From positions 37,324,001-37,388,000 of the forward strand of contig OZ024751.1 of the NCBI GenBank assembly GCA_964016885.1: a stretch of 64,000 nucleotides of DNA, read 5' to 3'. Below are positions 1-13,935 of this stretch, piece after piece. The position numbers and the translations under genes were made by a program. The notes under the pieces are model-generated. The model was not told where the DNA came from and searched no databases. It saw only the letters and a list, made by a program, of their open reading frames with translations. The first letter of the stretch is position 1; every line of letters begins with the position of its first letter. Source of the stretch: Eledone cirrhosa. Lineage: Eukaryota.

Positions 1-29
1 ACGCTAGTCCATCGCAGGTTTAAACACTC

Positions 30-140
30 AGCTGCTACTGGTACTCATTTTCAGTTGAGCATACTTGAGCTACATGAAGAAGTGTTTTGCTGAGGAACAC
101 AACACAACGTACAACCCAGTGCAGGAATCGAACCCACGAT
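30..140 (-). mobile_element. Degenerate tRNA-derived SINE fragment (CORE-like body)
   Basis: The minus strand reads a B-box-like GGTTCGATTCC followed by GTGTTCCTCAGCAAAACACTT. It resembles the copies at 34170-34290 and 51455-51565. Confidence 0.45.
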
Positions 141-2339
141 GTTATATATATATATATATATATAACATACGTACACCCCCCGCTCACACACACACACACA
201 CATAGAGAGAGAGATCTGTGAATTACGTGGCTGCGTTTATAAACACATAAACACACACAGATTTATAGATAATTGTGTGTATTTCTGTATATGTGAATGA
301 GTAGATACAGAACTATATATTTGTGTGCGTGAGTGTGCATTTGTGTCTGTGTGTGTGTTGATGTGTGTATGTGTATACGTTCGGCAAATTGTGTCTCAGT
401 GAACTACTTTAATTAAACATTTCTGATACGAAATTGCAACTCAATTAAGAAAATATTACTCTTAGAAAATAAATATCACTTATTTTACGTCGTTTTACAT
501 CCGTCTATCCTCCATACTTACCTTCGCAACTATTACATCGATATTTTTCTTCTTTTTTCCTCTCTTCCTCGACTGGCATCAATTGGATTATAGACCAATT
601 CTAACATAATTACACAGACTGGTTTATTGAATATTATCGATTATATATCAGGCAAGATTTTAACATCTGAATCCAAGCGAAAATCAAGCTAAGAAAACGC
701 CTGAAGCAATCAGAGAATTATACAGAAAAGTCTTTTTCCTATCAGGTGTTTCGTTCGTTCATTTTACTATTCTCCTACATCGATCAACAATTGTTATGTC
801 CAATTAAGTTATTTTAAGAGAATGAAGCATCTGAACATGAAATAGCAATGTAATTAAAGTTAGTTAGTTCTGAAGCATTTGTCCTTAGATTATTGACGTA
901 AGATCCAATTACAAACTGTTGCTTCTTTCTTTTTACTATCTTCTATTCGTATTCCTATAGGAATTATTTCCTTTCATGGTTTAGCTGACACAATTCACGC
1001 TCCATCTCTCTGCATGTCATGTGATGCATTATATAATATTTTTCGACGTATGATTGATTATCTATAGAGCGTGAACATTTGTTTTTGTCAATAAATTTAC
1101 CGCAATAGAAATGCTTATGTATTTTGTTATATAAACATAATAACATACATTAACTCTAACATTTATCATATGCTACATATATCCATAGTAAATGTAATGA
1201 ATGCTATTCCTATTTTGTACTGAAAACGAATTAATTCCTTTAAATTTTAAATGTTTTTGATAGCTTCGTTTGACAATATCTACAAAGAATATGAAAATAT
1301 TTGTCACTTCATTCTCTGTTTTAACACTTCTATATAATACCAGCCCAGCCCAAACATTACCAACACGCATACACCACCTCAAATGCAGATAGAATCATAT
1401 CTGCAACTTAGCACATCTCTTTAAATAGAGATTCTTCAAACCTGAATTAAACATCCTAGAGAAGTAGCTTCAGAAAAACATATATTGCTGAGGCCATAGT
1501 CAGATGCTACTAAATATATCTCCATATACATAAGATATGAAAGTCCCCCAATAAATGATCACTTCATTTAATAACTCCTTAATGCCCATTTATCATATTA
1601 AAATGTTTAAGTTTGAAAACTGATACATGAATCAAGGAGGAAGGACAACTTATACTTATTAAGTGTAAGAATTCTAAATACTCTGTTACATTATAATTAG
1701 TATTATTAATTTCTAGGATAATTTAAGGCACATTAAGATATTGTTTTACTCTAACATAAACAGACGTAGAATGCCAAGCGTATAAGTTTTGATATCAACG
1801 GTGGATATCCAGTCTGTTATGCTCAATTCAGTAATAATTTGGTCAATACTCTCCGATATTTTACATGTGATATGTTGAAGTGAATAATACAAATCATTTG
1901 TAAACGACAAATATAGGAAAGACTGTGATTCTTGGTAATGCTATAATCATTTATTGAATATTAATGTAAACGATATTAATATGAAACCTTGTCTGTATTG
2001 GAAAGTACTCGCTGACCGAGGTTTATTCCTGCATTTTGCTTCGAGGTATTCTCCAATATGTAATTGCACACTTATTTTCTATCAGACCGGCGCCAGAAAT
2101 ACAAGACCCCTTCATATTAAACTAAATTACCTCGTAAGCACATGACTACCTTCAGAAATAGTCTTATGTCATTAGTATGTCCTAAGATTATCAATAAGAT
2201 AGTTCCTCGTACGAAACAAAACAAAATATCACTGATAAATTGGAAGTTTGTCAAATATACGAGAAGTGTGAAAATATTTACTTTCTACACAATGAAGCCA
2301 ATAAGTATATCAGTCATTAAATGTATTTTATCCTTTAGT

Positions 2340-2545
2340 AATTTCATCTATTTGACTGCGGCCATGCTGCAGCATCACCTTCAACGGCTATAATATATCA
2401 TATCTTTCTCTAGCTTTGGCACATGGTCAGCAATGTGAAGGAAGGGCAATTTGAGTATAACGTCTGTACGTAAGAGAAACTTTATTTCATCGACCCAGGA
2501 AGGATAGAGGTAAAAGTTCTCCGGCATTATTTGAACTCAGAACAA
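2340..2545 (-). mobile_element. Degenerate SINE pieces, including a LINE-derived 3' tail
   Basis: At 2340-2395 the minus strand reads GGTGATGCTGCAGCATGGCCGCAGTC, resembling the 3' UTR of the LINE at ~40185-40225. 2410-2545 resembles SINE family A (TCGACCC...GGAT...TTTGAACTCAG). Confidence 0.5.
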
Positions 2546-3784
2546 TTCTACTCCAACGGCATCATAGATGGAATGCTTCCACATAGTTTCATTCTAACAA
2601 ATTTCACTCACATGACAACTCTGAGATAAAAGAAACATACTCTAAGATGCCGGAATAAGCGTACATCCATAGGTATATGGTTTTATGAAAACATGTTTTC
2701 CACTGAATTTTAAATAATATATAATATTTTATATGCAGGATCTGTGATAATATCCTCTCATTTATAAGTCTGTGCAAAGTGTGAAATGAAATCACGTGAA
2801 CATTTGTATGTTTTGTTTAATATTAAAATATATTTATATGGAATAGGAAATGGCAGCGGAAAGATACATGGAAGATAAAATAGTTATCTGAAGAAATGAT
2901 GTATCGCTGCATCAATAAATATTGTTTTGCAGATGTGTAAACGAAAGTGAAGAAAGAAATATAAACGCATATTTGATATCCTCATATATTTCGTTATTCT
3001 GTGTAACAGCTTCGTTGAAAAATATTGATAGCAATATCTTTTATTTTTTATCACATTATCTAAATAGACTTATTTTTTTTATTGATGTCATTTCATTTCA
3101 ATAAATATAGCATTTGCATTGTCGCTGCTTCGATGGATTTTTAAATAGAAATGTATATCGTAAGAACAATGAAAGCACGTAAAGGGAAATTAAATGTCTA
3201 TAATATGAAATAGAAACATTTATTAAATTACTGCAACGTTGTTTATCAAAACAAGTTTGCCTTTGCAGAAATTGTTAATGGTATATTTATGAAAAACCGA
3301 AAACAAAAAGTAATAATAAAATCCCAAAAACCTATCATGAAGGAAAATGGCTGCTTTCGAAGCAAGTTTGCTAGAGAATGTTGTTAAATGTCATTGGTGA
3401 AATATAATATATCTTATATAAACATTGGTGATACTAACTCAATTACAAGCTTTCTATATATATATGCAATATTCATCTTAGCTAATATAATCTAAAGTAG
3501 AATGTATATAATATTCAAAGAGAAGAAAAGACAATAAGTATGAATATGATTCTTCTAAATTTCCGTGTAGTAATGACCTAGTTCATAGATACTTCCCTGA
3601 TATTAGCAAAGCAACTGGCATTTCATTTATATCGTTTCCCATGTCACGTCACACGTGAGTCGCTAGTTGTGTGAGTAAATAACTATAATGGCAACAATTC
3701 AATTTTACTTGACTTCTTTAAATGATCTTACTAAAGTCTTCGTCGTAATCTGTCCACCCTTCCTCCATCGCTTTCTCTCTAGGT

Positions 3785-3844
<60 letters not shown>

Positions 3845-3847
3845 ATA

Positions 3848-3931
3848 TATACGGACACAAAATCATACTAATAAATTGTATATACAAATATATAAATATA
3901 TTTACGTAGATAATGAATATATATATATGAT

Positions 3932-3963
<32 letters not shown>

Positions 3964-3965
3964 TA

Positions 3966-4035
<70 letters not shown>

Positions 4036-4102
4036 TATATATATATAAATATAAATATATATATATATAAATATATATATATATAAATATATATATATAT
4101 AA

Positions 4103-4180
<78 letters not shown>

Positions 4181-4247
4181 TTATATATATATATATTTAT
4201 ATATATATATATTTATATATATATATATTTATATTTATATATATATA

Positions 4248-4321
<74 letters not shown>

Positions 4322-4323
4322 TA

Positions 4324-4355
<32 letters not shown>

Positions 4356-4434
4356 ATCATATATATATATTCATTATCTACGTAAATATATTTATATATT
4401 TGTATATACAATTTATTAGTATGATTTTGTGTCC

Positions 4435-4438
<4 letters not shown>
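3848..4438. repeat. Long near-perfect palindrome centred on a (TA)n tract
   Basis: ACGGACACAAAATCATACTAATAAATTG...AAACAAAT (3851-3972) is the reverse complement of 4314-4436. The AAA/TTT interruptions in the central TA tract are also mirrored. Confidence 0.85.
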
Positions 4439-4522
<84 letters not shown>

Positions 4523-4744
4523 AAATAAATAGATATAGGTGTTTATCATTTTTATCCAATTTACAAGGAGATTCCTATTTTCTGGCATGGACAGATACCT
4601 GCATATTAAAGATGTGTATATTTACATTCACGTTGGTATCTGGGTTACCCGCTCTATGTATACAGATATAACTTTATTGTACACTTCGGATGCGAGTGCG
4701 AGGGCACTTTCATTGTGTGTGTGTATATGTGTGTGTGTGTGTAT

Positions 4745-4794
<50 letters not shown>

Positions 4795-6379
4795 ACAACG
4801 TTAGCAAATTTGAGAAATATAAATGTTGATTAAATCGACCGCAATATTTAAGGGATGCTAGATTTTAACGAGGTCTGGGGAGGGATGGGCTCTACCAGGT
4901 TTAAAACGGCCAGGAAACTGTGTATGGCGCCACTACGTCTCCATCAGGTGTTAAGGGAAGAAAAGAAATAATTTATCGATCCCGAAGAAAAGACACCCTG
5001 AGATGACCCCGGTTGGATTTGAACTCGGGAAGTAAAGGGCCAAAACAAGTAGCACAGTAGTCTTTTCCCCGAGTGTCCACAAATTCTATTAATCTAAATC
5101 CTCAATATGAAATTACTATTAAAACCAATTATTCTGAAATAATTATACATGATTTCCTACATCTTCACACTCGTTGGGAAACGAAGCTGGACGATTGTTT
5201 TACATTAAAATATCATGCTTAATTGGTTAGTAAGAGTGGAATATTTTCATTGTAGAAAACATCTGTTTCTAGTAAAACAATATTTCATCTGTTTTATATT
5301 AAACAAATTTCTAAAATGCAATAATCGCTCTCTTATTGTAATTTTGGCATACCAATAGTTCTACTTACATAGTTAAATAGGTGTTTTGTAGATGAATGTA
5401 TAAATATCAAGGAGGTATTTAATTGAGTATTTAGTAACTACAGACATAATTCTAGTAACTACAGACATTATTCTGAAAATGTTTAGTTGTAATTAAGCTA
5501 CAAACTGGCAGTTGCGCAAGAATGTCTAAGAACATTTCTCTCAGTATTGAATTCGGCTGTGTGCACTATGATTACATCAGGTCAAGGCTAAATTTGCCTT
5601 TCATTGCTACGTGGTCGATAAATAAAAGATTAGTCTCAGGTATTCAACAGTCAGTATCGTTTGAGCTGCAGACAAGATCACTTACTGTATTTGTTCCTAT
5701 CCTCTGTGTTTTGCGATGAAACATACCTGGCCGTGGTTGATATGCTCAGTCTGTAACCTCGTCTAACACCACCACATCGCTCTTTGAATTTAAAAAAAAA
5801 GGTCTGTGAAGTGTTGAGTGTAAAATATGATATTGTATATATTATTTCTGCATTATTTAATCAGAAGCAGACAAACATATGCATATTTTCATATAAATAC
5901 TCACGTACAAACATAGATTATACACACGTACTGACAAATGGTCAGATAGTTATATAGATACACACAGATGTATACGCACGTACATACATACGCACATATA
6001 TAGATATAGTATTAAATATACACACACATATATAGGCACTCATGTAAACACACGCACATGTAAATACATAGTCAAATATATCGATAGATTCATACATAGC
6101 TGTATAACTTGATAGATCGATGCGTACATATATATCTATCTACTTATGTACATATCTATGTATTTATGTAAGAACATGCATACATGCATACATACATATA
6201 TATCTATCTACTTATGTATGTATGTATGTAAGAACATACATACATACATACATAAGTAGAAGATATGTACCTATGTATGTACGTATATAAGTAGATAGAT
6301 ATATACGTACATACAATAAACCCTGTATACACATATATAAATATAAATATTGTAAATTAAGGAGAACTATTTATATGCT

Positions 6380-6740
6380 TGTATGTATCCATATCTTTAT
6401 GAGCATTGTGTATTATCTGATGATATTAGCTATAGGCCAAGAATATAACCAAGAGTTATATTTAATTCATTAATAAGAAGACACACGCCTACCTATAAAA
6501 CTTAAATGCCATTCTACCATTCTAACCAAAGCATGCAAATGTTTCAAATCTTCCCCGTGAATAAGTTATCCATGGATCATTACCAACAGATATTTCATTC
6601 TTAACTTTAAAATGATGACAGTTCCTGTATTACAAATATCCATACAGGGAAAATTACGTTTCCAATAACTTCTAACCTCAAACATTAATCACTGTGGTGC
6701 CATAGGTATAGGACAAGACAGCGAGAAACATAACATTACA
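6380..6740 (+). pseudogene. Probable highly decayed PLE linker/GIY-YIG fragment
   Basis: Frameshifted remnants read NLNAIL..ILTKA (cf. NLKxILTRA), then C..IHTG, TSNL and CGA.IGQ (cf. YIGQT), in the order expected for PLE endonuclease regions. There are many stops. Confidence 0.35.
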
Positions 6741-6948
6741 AAATGCCAAAAATTAATTGTAAATATATCTTAAGACTGGACAGAACTGGATTGGCTTGGA
6801 TTCTAATGTCCAAGCAAACGTACACGTACGTTTCAAATTAAGATTGAACGAAGTTCAGCTGAAGCATTACCTCAAACACATGCGAACGTCAGCACACTCA
6901 AACACTTATGAATGCATAAGTGCCTGCCTATTTGTGTGAAAGTATACA

Positions 6949-7038
<90 letters not shown>

Positions 7039-7137
7039 TATATATATATATATATATATATATTCATATGTATGTGTGAATCAATTTTTAAACTTATATA
7101 TGTGCAAATATATATATATATATATAAATTTATATAC

Positions 7138-7197
<60 letters not shown>

Positions 7198-7611
7198 GTA
7201 TATAAGATGATATATTTATATATATATGGTAGTGTCGTAGACATACATAGATAGAGAAAAAGATGAGCGGGGGATAGGCAGAGGTGGAGATTAATTTATT
7301 TAGTTAAACCACAGGCGTCAGTGTTTAGTTTATCCATATTCGTGCGTTCTCAGAAGACTGTCATGGCGGAACAGGAACAATTAGAAACACAGAGGATAAT
7401 GGTGGATGGGTGAAAGGGTAGACAACTCCCTTTGGTGCTTAGGGTATATGGCATTCAGAAAATTGTAATTTTATCATACTTACATAATCCATTCCTGCTG
7501 ACGTGAAAAATGATTTAGGTTCATCGATTAAACAGCACAAAAGTATGAAGTATATAACTATAATACTTATCCTTCCCTACTCAGCGTATTAATGCAAATA
7601 TTGAATGAATG

Positions 7612-7680
<69 letters not shown>

Positions 7681-8340
7681 ACATATACATATATATATAT
7701 ATGTGTGTGTATGTATGTATATATATTATATATCTATGTATATTATGTATGTACGTATATATCATAATATAGTAACGGCTCTACAGGACTAGAAACGTTT
7801 AATTCAAAAGAAATCAGCAGAATAGTCGACTGTCCTTGTAAAACTGTAGTATTTATATGTTTTCTGGTGGTTGGGGAAGATGGGCATCTGTGTGTATATA
7901 TGTGCGTGTATGGTACTTGAATGTAAATGTGAAACTTATGCAAATGACTTGCTTATCAAAACAAATTTCTTAATTTCGGGGACCGTATATGTAACCCATA
8001 ATACGTTACTCCGAAAATCAAATGCGGTCAGATATGGTGAGCGCTATTGGCGTCATTATTGATGGCACATAAAGAGTTGTGTATCAATATACACTAGTGA
8101 CTTACCACTTCAATCCCTCGTCTGATTATAGGTGGTTTGTATATAGCAACCATTCTTGATCTTAACAATTAAATATACTATATAAAGTAAGCCTAAATGA
8201 ATAACTTAATTTTACTGCGGTTGACAAACTCAATAATCGGACAATAGAATCATCTCGATATCACACGAGCTAGCGTCTGGAGAGGATTCAATATTTTCTT
8301 TATAACCCATCCCTATCTATCCCGCTTGTTTAACCCACAC

Positions 8341-9963
8341 AGATGTAGACATAGACCCGAATATCTGCTCATGTGTTTCCAGAGAGATGTAGACATAGAC
8401 CCGAATATCTGCTGATGTGTTACCAGATAGATGTAGACATAGACTCGAATATCTGCTGATGTGTTTCCAGATAGATGTAGACATAGACCCGAATATCTGC
8501 TGATGTGTTTCCAGATAGATGTAGACATAGACTCGAATATCTGCTGATGTGTTGCCAGATAGATGTAGACATAGACCCGAATATCTGCTCAGGTGTTTCC
8601 AGATAGATGTAGACATAGACCCGAATATCTGCTGATGTGTTTCCAGATAGATGTAGGCATAGACCCGAATATCTGCTGATGTGTTACCAGATAGATGTAG
8701 ACATAGACCCGAATATCTGCTGATGTGTTGCCAGATAGATGTAGACATAGACTCGAATATCTGCTGATGTGTTGCCAGATAGATGTAGACATAGACTCGA
8801 ATATCTGCTGATGTGTTGCCAGATAGATGTAGACATAGACCCGAATATCTGCTCAGGTGTTTCCAGAGAGATGTAGACATAGACCCGAATATCTGCTCAG
8901 GTGTTTCCAGATAGATGTAGACATAGACCCGAATATCTGCTGATGTGTTACCAGATAGATGTAGACATAGACCCGAATATCTGCTCATGTGTTACCAGTT
9001 AGATGTAGACATAGACCCGAATATCTGCTGATGTGTTACCAGATAGATGTAGACATAGACCCGAATATCTGCTCAGGTGTTTCCAGATAGATGTAGACAT
9101 AGACCCGAATATCTGCTCAGGTGTTGCCAGATAGATGTAGACATAGACCCGAATATCTGCTCAGGTGTTTCCAGATAGATGTAGACATAGACCCGAATAT
9201 CTGCTCAGGTGTTGCCAGATAGATGTAGACATAGACCCGAATATCTGCTCAGGTGTTTCCAGATAGATGTAGACATAGACCCGAATATCTGCTCAGGTGT
9301 TTCCAGATAGATGTAGACATAGACCCGAATATCTGCTGATGTGTTACCAGATAGATGTAGACATAGACCCGAATATCTGCTCATGTGTTACCAGTTAGAT
9401 GTAGACATAGACCCGAATATCTGCTGATGTGTTACCAGATAGATGTAGACATAGACCCGAATATCTGCTCAGGTGTTTCCAGATAGATGTAGACATAGAC
9501 CCGAATATCTGCTCAGGTGTTGCCAGATAGATGTAGACATAGACCCGAATATCTGCTCAGGTGTTTCCAGATAGATGTAGACATAGACCCGAATATCTGC
9601 TCAGGTGTTGCCAGATAGATGTAGACATAGACCCGAATATCTGCTGATGTGTTGCCAGATAGATGTAGACATAGACCCGAATATCTGCTCAGGTGTTTCC
9701 AGATAGATGTAGACATAGACCCGAATATCTGCTCAGGTGTTGCCAGATAGATGTAGACATAGACCCGAATATCTGCTCAGGTGTTTCCAGATAGATGTAG
9801 ACATAGACCCGAATATCTGCTCAGGTGTTTCCAGATAGATGTAGACATAGACCCGAATATCTGCTCAGGTGTTTCCAGATAGATGTAGGCATAGACCTGA
9901 ATATCTGCTGATGTGTTGCCACACATATGTAGACATAGACCCGAATATCTGCTCAGGTGTTGC
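8341..9963. repeat. 44-bp tandem minisatellite, ~37 copies
   Basis: The unit AGATAGATGTAGACATAGACCCGAATATCTGCT(CAG/GAT)GTGTT(T/G/A)CC is repeated head-to-tail with no spacers. Confidence 0.97.
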
Positions 9964-10069
9964 GCACTATTTCTCTCAAATATTTAGCTCAGAAAAACAA
10001 AATAATCTAAAACAGCATTGTGTAGATTCCACTACCTCTCCCATTCGGTGTTGCGTGTACGTATGTATG

Positions 10070-10108
10070 TATATATACACACATCACATATATACACCCA
10101 AACAATCC

Positions 10109-10190
<82 letters not shown>

Positions 10191-10260
10191 GGATTGTTTG
10201 GGTGTATATATGTGATGTATGTATATATACACACATCACATATATACACCCAAACAATCC

Positions 10261-10325
<65 letters not shown>

Positions 10326-10372
10326 CATATATCTATATATGGGGACTGCTTGGGGGGTATATATGTGTGTAT
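10070..10372. repeat. Alternating inverted array of a ~37-bp unit separated by (TA)n
   Basis: CACATCACATATATACACCCAAACAATCCCC occurs +, -, +, followed by a diverged - copy (GGGGACTGCTTGGGGGG). Confidence 0.8.
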
Positions 10373-10394
10373 ATATATATACATACATAAATAT

Positions 10395-11000
10395 CAGGTC
10401 ACCAGTTGGTGCTACTGGTAACATGTATCCCAGTTCAACCTGTCCCATGGTCGGGTCGTTGGCGACTAAACTGGCAACTCCGCCGAGGTTTCTTGGTGAG
10501 GAGGGTGACTTTGGACGTCCTGCAGGACTAAAAACAAAACCTGTCAACGGGCAAAGGAGCTCTTAAGAGTCAATGGCCATCCAAAATCACCGGGAGAGAC
10601 GACCCCTTAGCCTTTGTCAAGGCAGAATTCTAGGAGAAGGAAAGCTCTGATATAACACCTGCAACCCTGATGGTATCCAATGATGTTGACTTGTTCTTCT
10701 TTTTGGTAAATATCATCTTGGTTAAGAGAGTGGGACTGGCTTTGTGCAGTGCCTTTGCTCACTATAAAAGCTTCACGGCACAGGCATTGCTTTATATCTG
10801 GAGATCTCTCTGCACTTGTCATCACATGGTACCATGGGCCCAGCACTATGTGTCAATAATTGTCAAAATTGTAGTGTTTGTACCAGAGTTTTCAAGTCGC
10901 TGGCTGGACTAAAATGTCAAACTCGTTCAGCGCATCGGTAGGGGTTCTCCTACATGGATATAAAGTAGTGGCCGTACTCGAAAACGAGTTGGCAGCCACC
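10395..11000 (+). mobile_element. Non-autonomous bipartite RTE-type retroelement, copy 1 (~600 bp)
   Basis: The 5' part has the RTE-UTR-like GGAGAAGGAAAGCTCTGA. 10870-10941 encodes CSVCTRVFKSLAGLKCQTRSAHR*, a C-terminal zinc-finger remnant. A 3' stem-loop GTGGC..CTCGAAAACGAG..GCCAC is followed by (TA)n. A close copy lies at 13936-14539. Confidence 0.7.
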
Positions 11001-11510
11001 ATATATACATACATACGTACACATACACCCACCTTATATCTATATACATACAGCCACCGTATATATATATTCATACATACATGCATCCTATATATATATA
11101 AATACATACATACACCTACCCTATATATATAAATCCATAATACACACATCCTATATATATATATATAGATGTATATATATAAGGGTGTGTGTATATGTGT
11201 ATAGATATATATATATATAGCTGAGAGCTTTCTTGCATCATCCAACACATATTTCTAGATAAAAGTGACTAGAAGTTAGTTACGCGATATTTCAAGCAAT
11301 TTAATTCCATTTCTTTCTTTTTGCTTTCCTTTTCACCTCATCAAGCAATTGTTTGGCACAATAGACCGGAGCAATGCAGACAACGCAAGGACGGTGAATG
11401 TAGGAACAACGGAAAATTGTAGAGAATCTCTAACGAAAAGAATTGAATAAGGAGCCTGCTTGTGTATTCATGTTTCTATGTGAATGTATGCGCCTGTACA
11501 TGAGTGTGTT

Positions 11511-11547
<37 letters not shown>

Positions 11548-11951
11548 ATCCCCCCTCTCTCTCTCTGTGTCTCTCTATCTCTATATATACTTATTTATGT
11601 ATGTGTGTGCGGGTGCATGTCTCTGAATATGTGTGAGTACGTAGATTTGTTCGAGTGGTCATGGGTGTAAGTCTGAGTGCATGTGTAATTTCGTGTGTGT
11701 ATGTGTGTGTATGTGTCAGTGTGTGTGCGTGTGTGTATGTGTGTGTGTCAGAGTATAGGGGTGTATGTCAGTGTGTGCGTGTGTGTCAGTATGTACTTAT
11801 ATATTTGAATTTTTCATTTATTTCTCTCCCAGTGTCCTATTTTATGTAAGTTGAACAGATTGACGTCAACTTAAGACAGGATAAGGCGTTAAAGATAACA
11901 CTGCTCTGAACAAATGGATGAGGAGATGGAGGGTGTCAGGGTGAGAAGGGA

Positions 11952-11993
<42 letters not shown>

Positions 11994-12244
11994 TGTGTGT
12001 GTATATACATACATCTATATATATTTATATATATATTATATATATATAATATAATATAATAGATGTAGGTATATATATATATATATATATATACTCACCC
12101 ACACACACACACATATATATAAACATATATATATATATATGTGTGTGTGTGTGTATATACATACATCTATATATATATTTATATATAATATATATATATA
12201 TATAAATATATAAAGATGTATGTATATATATATACTCACACACA

Positions 12245-12348
<104 letters not shown>

Positions 12349-12688
12349 GGGAGAAAGAAAGGAAGAAAGAAGGAAAACAACGTAGGTTTCAGAGCTTTTA
12401 AAAGAAAGACACTTTGAAAGCATTGTAATGATGAATAAAAAGTAAGACGTGGGCAGGTAGGTGTGTGGTAAAGGATTCGTTTGAAGAGCTGCTTTTTACT
12501 GAATGTGGAAGTAAGGCTGTAGTAAATGATGGTTTAGAAACTGTAGTATTATGGGTAGGTGGAGAGGTGTAGGCGAGGTTGGGGAGGAGTCTGGATGAAT
12601 GAAACGTTTAAGCAGGCTGTGAAGAAAATGTCAAGTGCAGCATCTAATAGGTAGGTGCACAGTAGAGCAAGAGAACAGAGCTGTATAG

Positions 12689-12738
<50 letters not shown>

Positions 12739-12782
12739 ACATATATATATATATGTGTAGCTATACAGCTATATATATATAT

Positions 12783-12813
<31 letters not shown>

Positions 12814-13147
12814 TACACTGATAGATAGAAACACATGCGTGGTAGTTATATACACACACATACACACATTGATGGATAGACACACACATATGATAGGCAT
12901 AGATAGCTTCACACACACACATATACACACATATTCACACACATATATACACACATATGCCTAAAATCCTATCCGTGGTAAACAGTAACATACACATACA
13001 CAGTCACACACAAATACACGTGCATTAAGAGATACACAACTGCACACAACTAGAGAGAGAGAGAGAGAGGGGGGATAGAGAGGTGGATAGAGAGGGGGAG
13101 AGAGAGAGGCAGAGAGAGAGAGAGAGGCAGACAGAGAGAGAGAGAGA

Positions 13148-13243
<96 letters not shown>

Positions 13244-13660
13244 GAGAAACACGGTAACAGATACAGGCACACGTAGATAGAAAACTTCTAAATATGAAAT
13301 GTGTACAGCATCCCAACATGGTAAACTACCAATAGTCACGATTCTAGTTGGGAAAACCAGGTAAACTACACAAGACTTGACCCTGCCAGCTATTTCACTT
13401 CTCCAACGGTACTTTAGTCAATTTTCTCAACTATTAGGCTATACTCACTGACTATTGTTATAGTCCTTTACGTTGTGGAAGACTGCATTTCAATATTCAT
13501 TTCCTAGATATGTAACTACCAGACAATTGCATTCTACAGTTTAGACAGATGACGCGATTTCTATTTGCAAGACTATATAATTACCTGTTGGTCCACCTCT
13601 CTGCACCCACCTGCATGTGTATGTATATCTATCTATCTATCTATCTATATATATATATAT

Positions 13661-13870
13661 AACGAAGGAGTTGTGGTAAGGAACCAGAAGGACCATAACG
13701 CACCAGAGTACTCAATACTTACGGTAGTAGAGTGGGAAATAGGAAATAGGAAAAAGTATGACCCCGACGGCAGAGCTCAAGCCGTTTCGACGGCTATTTC
13801 TGGACTCTCTCTCATTCAGAAATAGCCATCGAAACGGCTTGAGCTCTGCCGTCGGGGTCATACTTTTCCC
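13661..13870 (-). mobile_element. PLE 3'-end (pLTR) remnant with fold-back inversion and 3' half of a hammerhead
   Basis: The 51-bp inverted arms 13752-13802 and 13817-13867 carry GAAA-CGGC..GCCG-TC (stem III plus GUC). The element is flanked by (TA)n and is homologous to 44681-44890. Confidence 0.7.
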
Positions 13871-13901
<31 letters not shown>

Positions 13902-13935
13902 CATACACCTATGCCTATATATATATATATATATA

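Noticed and set aside
3638-3667. Helitron 3' end (hairpin + CTAG); a similar hint at ~29300-29338
   Set aside because: The hairpin is very short, and there is no 5' end or second copy to support it.
8341-9963. CRISPR-like array or 223-aa repetitive ORF
   Set aside because: The units are contiguous with no unique spacers and there are no cas genes. The ORFs are simply translations of the repeat.
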